This document shows positions 13,143 to 25,024 of a stretch of 64,000 bases of DNA, one piece after another. This DNA is from Octopus bimaculoides (taxonomy: Eukaryota), in contig NC_068985.1 in the NCBI RefSeq assembly GCF_001194135.2, positions 122,628,906 through 122,692,905 on the forward strand, in the 5' to 3' direction. Each line of letters opens with the position of its first letter. The stretch's first letter is position 1. The notes under the pieces were generated by a model. The model worked only from the letters and a program-made list of their open reading frames with translations, was not told the origin of the DNA and made no database searches. Both the position numbers and the translations under genes were made by a program.

Positions 13143-15049
13143 ATGCATGTGTTTCTGTGTGAATGTTTATATTGTGCTTTGGGTTACAAACTGTGATGCT
13201 TGTTGTTATTGTTATTGGAAATTCTGAATTAAAAAAAAAAGTAAACAAAGGCCTGAGAAAGGTCAAGACAAAGAGGTACAATTGAATTGTTATTTCATCC
13301 TTTGCTCTTCTATTTACTACAAAACTATGCATCCAGTTGTTTACATACATTCACAGTGGTTCACTATGTCTGGTCTAACTTGTTGGTATTGAAAATAAAT
13401 TTATTTTCAATGTTGGATACATGTACCATTGTTTTTATAACTATTGTTATTGTCACAGTTTTGTGGTGCCTGAGGTTTCAAAACTGAGTGGGTTTAGTTT
13501 GCATCACAATTGGTGGAGTTCTTTCTACCTCAAATGTTATCAAGAAGAGACTCCTGCTAATAGCACATTGATTAAGACTAAACTACATTACTGATCCAAG
13601 TTCTTGGATACGTAATGAACACAGACTCTTTACTTAAACTTGTCTAACATCAATTACACTTTTTAGTTTATCAAGTTTTATATACTTGTAAAGACGAAAG
13701 ATAGAACTGAAAAGAAGAGTTTTCAAAGGGAAACAATATCAGTATGGGGAGTAAGCACTTAAAATGTTTAATGGCTGATAACATGTTATATAAACCAAAC
13801 AGTGCAAAGACGCAATATTTACTGTAGAACAAACACAAATATGTCAGTATCAATGAAAGTGTTGGTGATAACAGCATCCATAAAATAGAGGAATTAATCA
13901 ACTAAATTAAAAGATGAATAATAGCACGATATTTAGTTAAAATGATATAAGTAGACAGAACTACATTCATGTTGCTTATCATCATTTTACAACTGCTTTC
14001 CATTCTGGCATGGATTAGATGGTTCAAAAGGATCCAATAGATTGTAAGACTGCATCTTGCTCCAGTGCTATTTTGACATGACTACTTAAGTTGGATGCCC
14101 TTCCTAACACCAACCATTTTACAGAGTGTACTGAGTGCATTTTTTAAAGGCACAATCCTAGAGCTTGTCTTGTTCTTGATAGTCCTCTCAACCTTGCATT
14201 GTCTCTCTCAGCCCTCTTGGTAGTCCTCTAAGTATACCTCTCATCCTTGAATTGTTTCTGCTTGATTTGTTAACCACCTTATAGTGTAGTGTTCTGAATA
14301 CCTTTTCCATGGTACCAGCGCTAGTGAAGTTGCCTTGTAACTCACAAAGTTAAAAAAACCTCCATTGTTGAAAGATAGAATGAGCAAGGAATTGAAAGAG
14401 CAAAGCATGATGTAAGGCTCAGGTCTATTGTGGTGGTGGAGAGAAAAACAGAGGGATAGTGTTTGGCAGTGGTGCAGACAGGAATAATGGAAAAGACAGG
14501 AAAGGTTAGTGTGAAAGAGAAGGGACAAAGGGGAAAGGATTATGTAAAAGAATAAGAATTCACATAAAAAACCAAACTATGTATGATATTACTCATGGAA
14601 AAGGTAACGAGTTCAAATCATGAGAATGCATTGATTTTGAAAGAAATTCTATTAGCCAAGTCATTATGTTAGGAAAGAAAACTATTCTGTAAAATCTGGA
14701 TTTGGTGGATGCATATTCAATCTGAAGATCAGTTTTCATTAAAACAATAGAAGGCAGTTGAACTTCCTAGCAGTGTTATTTATGAAGACCAAGTAATGAT
14801 TCTTAACTGGAGTTCCATGAAAGATAAAGAATGTTGCTAGGGGTTCTATGAGAAATAGAAATAAATAGGCTAATTATATGTTATTTTTGTGTTTAATAGT
14901 ATATTTGTAATAAGGCATATTCAAAATCATGGCTTCTCTAGGTAGTAAGGAGATCATATTGGATAAATTCCTTCTTAATTGGAAGGGGATTTGGTGTAAA
15001 CAAAGTCTTGGTTAAGATGAAATCACCTTCTTTGTGGTGTCTGAGGGAT

Positions 15050-15877
15050 TTAACATGGCTTAACATTGGGCCCTTCAAACATTGGGCTTTGCAGACGCAA
15101 TGACAGGAGACCAAGACCTTTGAAGATATGTTGTGATTGAGAAGACCCAGCAACTAAAGTGAGGTCACAGCCATGGCCAATGCCAGTGTTGCATGTCCGG
15201 CCCATTTAAGAGGACCCCCGATGTGTCAGGTGATATGCCATGCTTGAGAAGACCTGCTGAGTCAAGTAAAACCAAAATCGTAGTGGTGGCCAGTGTCCCC
15301 TGACTAGCTCCCATGCTGGTGGCACGTAAAAAGCACCATCTGCACGTGGTCAATGCCAAATTTGCCTGACTGGCTCCCGTGCCAGTGGCACGTAAAAAGC
15401 ACCATCTGAATGTGGCCAATGCCAGTACCTCCTGACTGGTTCCTGTGCCAGTAGCACGTAAAAAGCACCATCTGGACATGGCCAATGCCAGTACCCGCTG
15501 TTTGGCTTCCATGCTGGTGACACATAAAGAGCACCATCTGAATGTGGCTGATGCCAGTACCCCCTGACTGGCTCCTGTGCCAGTGGCACATAAAAAGCAC
15601 CACGCGAATGTGGCCGATGCCAATACCCCACCGACTGGCTCCTGTGCCAGTGGTATGTAAAAAGCACTATCCGAATGTGATCGATGCCAAGCTTGCCTGA
15701 CTGGCTCCTGTGCTGGTGGCACATAGAAAGCACCCACTACACTCTTGGAGTGGCTGGGTTTAAGAAGGGCAGGTCAGATTGGAGCCTGGTGCAGCCGCTG
15801 GCTCTCCTGACCTCAGTCAGACCATCCAACCCATGCCAGCATGGAAACGGACATTAAACAATGACGATGATGATGAT
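15050..15877 (+). mobile_element. RTE-clade LINE 3' end with a 7-unit 66-bp tandem array in the 3' UTR and (GAT)n tail
   Basis: LQTLGFADAMTGDQDL*RYVVIEKTQ (RTE ORF2 C-terminus). Array marker taaaaagcacc recurs at 15327, 15393, 15459, 15525, 15591, 15658 and 15724. The element ends ccaacccatgccagcatggaaacggacattaaac(gat)n. Confidence 0.85.
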
Positions 15878-16510
15878 AACATTTCAAAAACACTTTTCTT
15901 TCATATGAAATTTAACTTTATGATACATAGAGTAAAAAAAGATCAATATAGATACAACATTTTATATAAGGGTTCCCTGAAACATGTAATGCATTTGAAA
16001 AGTTTCTTAAGAGTAAAAAGGTTGAGAAATGCTGAGATGGGGAGATTCACTGAGATATTGACTACTGACTTCTAGTCATAGACAGAGTCCTCAGTTACAC
16101 TTTGCAGATGAGCATTACTTGCAGTCAAAGATGCATACTACAATTTAGAAAGGAATTTTACCCGCAAATAGTAAAAAGAACACTATAATTTTGCAGAAAG
16201 ATTCTTGCTATAGGCAAAGAGCAAAAGTGAAAACACTGGTCTGTTTGCATTAATTTATACCTATCACAACTAGCTATTATATTTATACAAAGTATGGGGT
16301 TTAGTTCACAGGTGATCTAAATGATTAGGTATGCTAGGTAAGTACTATAATGGATTACTAGGGCCTCAAGGTTATAGATGAGACAGTAGTTATGGAGCCA
16401 TTGCAGATTTCCAATGCAGCAGGTATATAATTGTTAAAGAGGACAACAAATATTAAGGCAAGGCAAACATCTCAAATAGTATACAATATTATTATTGGAA
16501 AAAATTCAGA

Positions 16511-16559
16511 GTCTTACAGCTGATTCTGGGATATCCCAAAGTATCCCATCATCAGAGAC
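16511..16559 (-). ncRNA. Minimal type I hammerhead ribozyme motif (left arm; core GAAA mutated to GAAU)
   Basis: gtct CTGATGA tgggata ctttggga tatccca GAAT CAGCTG TA agac: 4-bp stem I, perfect 7-bp stem II, palindromic stem III and GUA triplet. Confidence 0.7.
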
Positions 16560-16793
16560 AAATAGGGAAAAATAGGGAAAATGAGAATGGTATATATGAG
16601 ATGATGACATAGAGGAAGGGAGTAAAGGAATAAGGAGATGGGGAGACAGAAGCAAAAAGTAGCATAAAAGTTCATAGTTCAGCTTTTATGCTTCTCTTTT
16701 CTTCTGTTTCTCCATCTCCTTATTCCTTTACTCCCTTCCTCTATGTCATCATCTCATATATACCATTCTCATTTTCCCTATTTTTCCCGATTT

Positions 16794-16839
16794 GTCTCTG
16801 ATGACAGAATGTCCCATGCCCCAGAAACAGCCGTAAGAC
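16794..16839 (+). ncRNA. Minimal type I hammerhead ribozyme motif (right arm; core intact, stem II disrupted)
   Basis: gtct CTGATGA cagaatgtcccatgcccca GAAA CAGCCG TA agac. Confidence 0.65.
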
Positions 16840-19800
16840 TGAATTTTTTCCAATAATAATATTGTATATGACTTGAGATGTTTGCCTTGCCTTAATGTTT
16901 GTTGTCTCTTTAACAATGATATTACATTTATATGTTGTTTCAGTTCCATTGTTTTGAAAGAAACCTGTATAGTGCAGTAGCTGTCTCAGCGAGGGTAAGT
17001 GTAATTTTAGTGCGACTGTATATTTAATTTCCCAGACAAAAAGTTGAATTTCCCTGTAATAATTTACAGTGGGGTTCAGCACAAAGACTCTGTTGTCAAA
17101 AATTGTTTAATTAAAATTGTAACAAATTTCATCAACTTGGTATTGCTCTTCAGACAGAGTCGTTGCTTTGTGAATAGTTACAAAATAGGGTCAACTGAGC
17201 AATTCATTGTAAAGTAAGATTTTGAAAATCTTTCCTTGAAAATTTCTATTTATGCCAATGCATGCCATTTTAAGGAGAGTGTTTGAAATTAATCTTTTGA
17301 TTGCATATGACGATATAATTGCAGTAAAAGTGCAGTAAAATTTGTGTAGCTTATGCATATCCTAAAGTGACTAGTGCAGGGATGACATGACAGACATTTA
17401 AATGCACTTAATATCTTAATCTCTGAAAGGAATGAAATATGACATTAATGCATTCCATGACAAGCAGGCATTAATTTGAGGAATTCATAAGATTTGAGTG
17501 ATGCTGAACATTTTTGATATTTCCCTATCATTTTACATTCACTTTAGCTTATCACAACCCATTTAAATTCAGGTTGGGTGGTTGTGTTGATCGTTTCATA
17601 AAGGAAAAAGAAATATATCAGCTAAAGACACTTGTTGAAGATTGAAATTACTAATGTTAGAACCATTCTGCATAAATGGTCTCAGGCTGACAGGTCTATC
17701 ATATCATTGAATGATTCTTATATCAAGCAAATATTGATCATAAAGAGTGAACAAGCCAGGGGTATTCTTCATACTAATTGCTTCTAAGATAAGCAAAAAG
17801 CCCCAAATCTTAAAGGAGTGGGTTAGTCAATTATACTGACACCATTATTTTATCTGGTACTTTAACTGGTACTTTATCGATCTCAGGAGGAAGAAAAATA
17901 AAAAGCAAAATTGATTTTGGCAGGATTTGAACTCCATTTCTAAAGGGCCAGAAAAAATACCAGGCATTTTGTCCAACACTCTAACAATTCTGCCAATCCA
18001 GTTGCATTGATCATGATAATGATTCTGTTTATTAGGGAAAAGTCCAATACTTCCAAGAGAAGGAATATAGTTGAATGAATCAAACCCTTATGTATTATTG
18101 TTACTGATTTCATCAAAAATTGATTTTTACAACCATATGCCTTTTTATTACAAGTCTGTTTAATAGCCTCTTACAAGAATGCAGGGACACTGTATATCCA
18201 TTCTAAAACCAGGAAAGGCACAATGAGCTCAAAATGTAGATTCAAAACTAAATATAGTTATTTAATCAGAAAAATCATCACCCTGACAGCATTAACCTTT
18301 TCAGGAATCAAATTTATCCAAATATTATGTTTTAATGAATTTTTTTTTTGGGGGGGGGGGAGAACAGAATTTAGACGGATTTAGTGAAACATAACAATGA
18401 ATTGTCTGAAGCATTTAAATATCAAATGTAATCCCTTACAGTTTTGCTCAGGATTTTGGCATTGAGTTCAAATCCCACTAAAGTCAATTTGTCTTTCATC
18501 CTTTTGGGGTTGATAAAGAAGGTATCAGGCCAAGGTAGTGGACATCCTAAATTCAAATTGTTCTGTGGCCTATTTTAACAGGAGGCTTAATCCATTGCCC
18601 GGATTAACACTGTTACTTAGCCATTGGGTATTTTCAGCAAACTTCACTCTGTTGAAAGCATTTGAGTCAATTATTTAGTTAAGGGTACGTTTCTCCTTCC
18701 CTTTCTCCCACCAGGCTCAGAGACTCTAAAAAGGGCTATGGGCACTTCTGTTCCACCTGAATAAGGGATTAAAAAAGAAATCTAAAACTTTTTCATTTTA
18801 TTGCTGCTGTTCAATTTCAGTTCAATTCTAGTCATGCTGACCTATGCTCAAAAAGGTTCTAATCACCACTTAGAGTATTCAAGTTTATATTACCTCATTA
18901 TTTAAGGGATATTTGACTATTATTTCTAATATATTGAGTAACCATGCAGAGTCTCTCACTGACTCATTTATTTATTGATATACTATACTGGTATATATGA
19001 CATAAAGCAGGAATGGGTAATTTTTTTGAGAGGGAGGCTGCATCAGGTATGGGCTCATCATTAGGTGGGCTTCACTACCAAAATATTCAAAGTTTATTTT
19101 TGTTAGCTACTCCATTTAGAAAGTTTTGTGATCTGCAGGTTGTCCATAGCCTACATAAATTAAAAAACAGTAAAAGGTTCTTACATAAAATTATGAAGGA
19201 ATGATTTAATTTAAATATGAAAATATTGTTTTGGGTTTTTCATATCAAAAGAGCCAAGCAAGGTGTCAGACATGGTGAATTCAAAAGAGTTAAGTAAATG
19301 AATATTTTTCCAAATCATTGCTGGAGTAAAATTATTGAATCTAAGATCACTTTTAAGTTCAACACTGACAAAAGAATAACATAAGGATTATATAGATAAG
19401 GCTATGATTAAGACGCTAAAATAATATTTAAACGGAAGAACAGTTGCAGATGCAAGTTAAAATTTTGTCAGCCAAGTGTGCAATGCAGTATTTGTTCCAA
19501 CACCCTGTGCTCTGAGTTCAGATCACAATGAGATCAACTTTGCCTTTCGTATGATTGACTAAAAATTCAAGGTTGAAAGAATAAAAGAATATAAATCTTA
19601 TTGATCACTTATAGTCTGCATTTTTTTCTTACTTTTATACAGTATGGAGATACGATAAGTTTAACATAAATAATCCTTCTCTGGAGATAAAATTGGCTTT
19701 TGAAAACTGTAAGCTTTCTCAAGGACATGCAGTAAGTTTTTGAGATCTTTCTTGGGGAACAAATAGCATTCTTGATTTTGGAAAAAACAGTATTATAAAA

Positions 19801-21372
19801 ACACTAAAATCGGCTTAAATTAATATTTTTTGCTGTCAGAGTTTGCTATTTTAGTTTCTCCATTAAATATTTTTGAAGATAAAATATAGTTACCATTCAA
19901 ATAAAATGTATAAGCTATTGCATTTTAAGGTGGCCATAAATTGATTTTAGTGAATTTATAATAAATTTTTAAACAAACAAATTTGGTGAGTTGGTGAGTA
20001 ATATTTGATATTGTTTAGAAAATATTTATTTTTGCTGTAATATCTTAAATGACCATAAAACCTATTGTTCAAATACAATCTCAACTGAATTTTATGTTAA
20101 AATATTTTATAGAAAATGTGTGTGTACATGTATATGTAACCACATTTCTCTTCATCATCCTTTTTGTGAAATAATATAATGCATTAATGAGGGTAAGAGA
20201 GCTATTATTTAGCTGTTAAATGTACTAGGAAGAGTCACTAAATTGCCCTCAAATCATACTCTTACAAATATAAAAAAAATACATTGGAAAATGTAATATC
20301 CTAGAGATATAAAATGACTGGATTGCCTTTGATCATAGGTCTGCTTCATCAGGGCTAACCTTGGGCTAAACAGCAATACAAAGTTAATTTATTAAAATAA
20401 AAAAATCTAAAAAAACAAAATATAAGAATAAGCAAAAATAAATGTGTTGCAATAGAAACAGAAATATATTCTATAGTTGTAGTAGAAACTATGTTAATAC
20501 ATAAACATATATTGGCTAAATTTAGCCCACATTGTATTCCAGACTTAAATAATCTGATTTTCTGCCACAGTAGATGTTCCACCCTCAAAAACACAACTGA
20601 ATGTCATTGTTTTTTTATTGTTTTTTTTTGTCATGACTGCGGCCAGGTTGGGGTAACATCTGGAAGCACTTTTAGTCAAACAAACCAATCCCACTACTTA
20701 TTACATTTTAAAGCCTGGTGCTTATTCTGTTGGTCTCTTTTACCAAACATCAAAATTACAGGAATGTACACACTTCAACACTGGTGGTCAAGTGGTGGTG
20801 GGACACACACACACACACACATGGTGGACTTCTTTCCATTTCTGCCTGCCAAATTCACTCACAAGATTTTGGTTTGCCTGAAGCTATAGTAGAAGACATG
20901 TGCCCAAGATACCATGCAGCGGAAGTGAACCCAGAACGATGTGACTGGCAAGCAAACTTCTTACCACACAGCCACACCTGCACCTACATTGATTAGAAAA
21001 ATCTTGTAAAAAATTTAAACATGACGAATAAAGCCTGAACACTTTTACATACTTTACCAAAATGTTTTTTTTAATGGCTTAGCAACAAAGACCCTATTAA
21101 CCATTTATAGTTTACAGATTTTTTTGCTGTATGTGCACAGAAAAACCTCAGAGTTTGAATATTTACACTTGGCTTTACAGTTAACATATTCACTTTGCAA
21201 CTACATGGTATTGGGTTCAGTATCACTGTGTGATAACTTGGGCAAGTTTCTTCTAGCATTGCTCTAGTTCATCCAATGCTTTGTGAGTGAATTTGGTAGA
21301 GAGGAAACTGTATGGAAACCCATTGTGTATGCCTGTTTGAGCGCAAGTGTACATCTTTGTAAATTAGCATCT

Positions 21373-21404
<32 letters not shown>

Positions 21405-21441
21405 ACAATAGAATAAGTGCTATAGTCATTCNNNNNNNNNN

Positions 21442-21477
<36 letters not shown>

Positions 21478-24400
21478 CACAATAGAATAAGTGCTATAGT
21501 CATTCTTGTACTCTCTTGACTAAATCCTTCAAGGCAGTGTTCCAGAAAGAGGTACAAGAGTAAAAGAGTTATGTCAGGGTAGTAGGTTCAGTAGAGTGAC
21601 ACACCCTGGGACAAGCATCACCATACAACACTGCTAAAAATGTCATCATAGCAGATATTCATGTAATAGTCAGAGCAGAGAGTAGAAAATCTGTAGAACC
21701 TTACACTGCAAATTAGGGCTTCATTTTATTTGGCAGTGTTATATGGATACCACTTGCTACATTAAGACAGTGTTGATCATGTGGGTAACTCCATTCTATT
21801 TATGGAGTTACTCCATGCTGTTTATCATCTAGGTACTATAAACACTGCTGTTAAGGTGTTTAGAGAAAATAATAATTACAATAAGAACAAAGTGAAGCTT
21901 AAGGAAGCATTATCTTAGCTGTTGATGTAGGGTTTTTCCACTGTGAAGAAAAGACTAACTTGATAATACATATATATTAGGAGTTTGATCTGTGAGATAG
22001 GGAAGTAAAAGCAATGAGTGTAAAAAAAAATTTACTGCAGCTGGCAACAAATATATTGAAATACATTGACTCCTAAAATTCACAAATTTAATGAAAAATA
22101 TAAAAATAGAAAATGCTATCTTTCTGACAAAGGGATTTTGCTTGAAACATGAGGATTTACATCTCATTCATATCATAAGAACTTATCCAAATTTTTCATT
22201 TCACTGAATAGCTTTGACAGCATTGACAACCACCATGCACTGAATTTTATTTATTACATGAAAGTGGATATCAAAGGTATTTCCCAATGCTTAGTAGATG
22301 TGGTGGCTGTGCAGATACAGACATGTAACATGAATGAATGATGTATGATGGAAGATGTTTTATATCTACAGTAAAAGTTGGGTCAAACTGGCTATACTAA
22401 AAATGGTCAAACTTGCTTAATTACATTTGATAATTTGGTAGAGTATTAAAGGAATTCTGATCTGGTTAGTAGCAATAGTTATTTCTGACAAAGGTTCAAA
22501 GACTCAAGGCAACGAAATGACATTACAACCGTTTAAACTTGCTCCAGAACTTCACCAGCAATTATTTTATTGACATTGGAAGAATGAAAGACAAAGTTTA
22601 CTCTAATAGGATTTGAACTCAGAACGTAAAGGAGTCACAACTAAATGTTACACAGTATTTCAACCAACAGTCTGCAATTTATATCATTCACTCCATTTAG
22701 TCAATAGCATTCTTGATTTCTAATATAGGCAACAAGAACAGAAATTTGAGGGACACATTTAGTTGAATGAATCAGCTTTAGCACTTTATTGGCAAATTAT
22801 TTTATTGATCCCTGGAAGGATGAATGGCAAAGTCAAACCTAGTGGGATCTGAACTCAGAATATTAAAAAAAAAACCACAACTAAACACTGCAAGCTATTT
22901 TGTCAGATGCTCCACCGATCTATTCTGCGATAATGTTGAAATGCAGACTTGTCAAAATGGATTAGACTTTCACCAAACTGCCATACTGCCTTGCTGCTCT
23001 TGGAAATTGCATTGGGCTGAGATGGCTGGATGGTGAAATTGTTTCTGTTAAGATGCGAAAAAAAAAAAAAAAATTATATACATCAATGCTAATAGATGCT
23101 TAATATTGACAGATATTAGAGATGACAAATAGACAAGTATATTGTCAATTAAATTATATCTAGCATTACATGTTGCTTTGTTAGATCCATCTCTTTGTGC
23201 TTTCAGGATATTGTTAAAAGTACTCGTAATCAAGTGGTTTTGAAATTAATGCTAATTGAAAACTCAAGCTGAGGAGTCATGACTAATTGCTACTGTTGCT
23301 GTTCAGCCCTAGGTCACCCCTGAACAAGCAAATGTATGATCAAAACATTTTAGCTGTGATTATTACACCTTGTATTTTTACCTTTTTTACAAGTGTCTAG
23401 GACATTATATGTGTCACACATATTTTGGAAATGGTGCAGAATGTTTTAAGGGGGATTTGGTTGCTATTTCTTGCAGTTCAATTGACAAAACAGAGGATCT
23501 TCATTTTGCTTTTAACTTGTTAGTATCAGCTGGCCAAAAATTCCATGATTCTTATTTAATCAATGGCATGTGTTGCACTCTGACGAGTCAAGCCAACAAA
23601 AGAAACACCACATAGTCGCTCAATCTGCAAGAAATAGTAGTGGTATTTGTACTCAAAACATAAAGAGCAATAAGAAATGCTGCTAAGCATTTTGTCCGAT
23701 GCATTAACAGTTCTGCAAGCTTACTGTCTTAATAATATGCTCATGGTATACAAATCCCATCAAACTGCAGCATCTGTGAAAACGTTTGAAAAGTTAAATA
23801 CATTCAAGAACCTTGAAAGTGAAGTCTCCAAAATGTGACACCTGAGAACATCAACTGTGCCTGTGATCATTGAAGCTTTGGAGATAGTACCAAATAGCAC
23901 TTTTAAATGCAACGATCAAATAGCATGAAACTGCAAAATATGAGAAATACAAAATAGTTTTCTCATGGAAACAACCCACATCCTAAGAAAAAAGCTTTTA
24001 ACTGAGAATATCTGAATCTTCAAAAATCTTTCAAAATTTCAAATATTACAACATACTTTTAACAAAATCTTAATTCTCAGTATTTGGTCCCCTTTTCTGG
24101 AAATATATCATTGCTACTCATATTTAGTAAAATGTCTAACTTGCTGTTACTTGAGGCATCTGAGTGAGATTTGGAGCAGTTTGTATAAAGCAAAGCAATA
24201 ATGAAACCATTATAATAATGGTTTTCAGACAGCAAGCTGGCAGATTTGTTAGTAGCCAGACAAAATGTTTAGCAGCATTTCTTCTATCTTCATTTATTGA
24301 ATTCAGATTCTGCTGAGTTTGACTGTGCCTTTCATCCTTTCGGGGTTGATGAAATAAATACCAGTTACGCACTGGGGTCAATGTAATTGATGGTTCCTCT

Positions 24401-24935
24401 CCCTCAAAATTTCAGGACTTGTGCCTGTAATAGAAAGGACTGTAATAATGGTTTCTAATTTAGGCACAAAGCCAGCAATTTTGAAAGGTAGGGGCTAGTT
24501 GATTGCATTGACCCCCAGTACTTGACTGGTTCTTTATGGATCTCAAAAAGATAAAAGTTGACCTAAGTGAGATTTGAATTAAGAATGCAAAGAACCAGAA
24601 CAAATATTGCAAAGCATTCTTATTTCTCTGATGATTCTGCCAGTTTGCCATAATAATAATAATAATGACATTTTAACAAGCTTTGAAATAATTTCACCTT
24701 TTAGGGAGAGTTTTCAGCTAAAACATTTTATGGACATGCCAACATACTATTAACATATTTACTGTTAAGTATATCAATTCCAAGTCTAGCAAATTTTAAA
24801 TTCACTTAACTCTTTAACTGATTGTTTTCTTTTTTTATTGCCAGCTTAGAATAAACTTAAAAATACAGTTATATATGAATTTGAATGCCTATTATTCTGT
24901 TATAGTCACTGCAGGTTTCTGTTGTAAGTAATATA

Positions 24936-25024
<89 letters not shown>

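Larger units (their letters stand above)
16423..16924. mobile_element. ~500-bp foldback, probably inverted pseudo-LTRs of a Penelope-like element
   Basis: Arms 16423-16670 and 16683-16924 are reverse complements around a 12-nt loop, including a 77-bp perfect stretch (16565-16641). Each arm carries a hammerhead motif. Confidence 0.8.

Noticed and set aside
15165-15737. Long ORFs (190, 127, 99 aa) and CRISPR-like regularity
   Set aside because: They arise from the 66-bp (22-codon) tandem array in an RTE 3' UTR. There are no unique spacers and no cas genes, and the context is eukaryotic.
17110-17160. CTGAAGA...GAAA on minus near the foldback
   Set aside because: No stem II pairing adjacent to the core.
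21370-21505. Duplicated gagcacaatagaataagtgctatagtcattc
   Set aside because: It flanks a 10-N gap, so it is an assembly overlap artefact.
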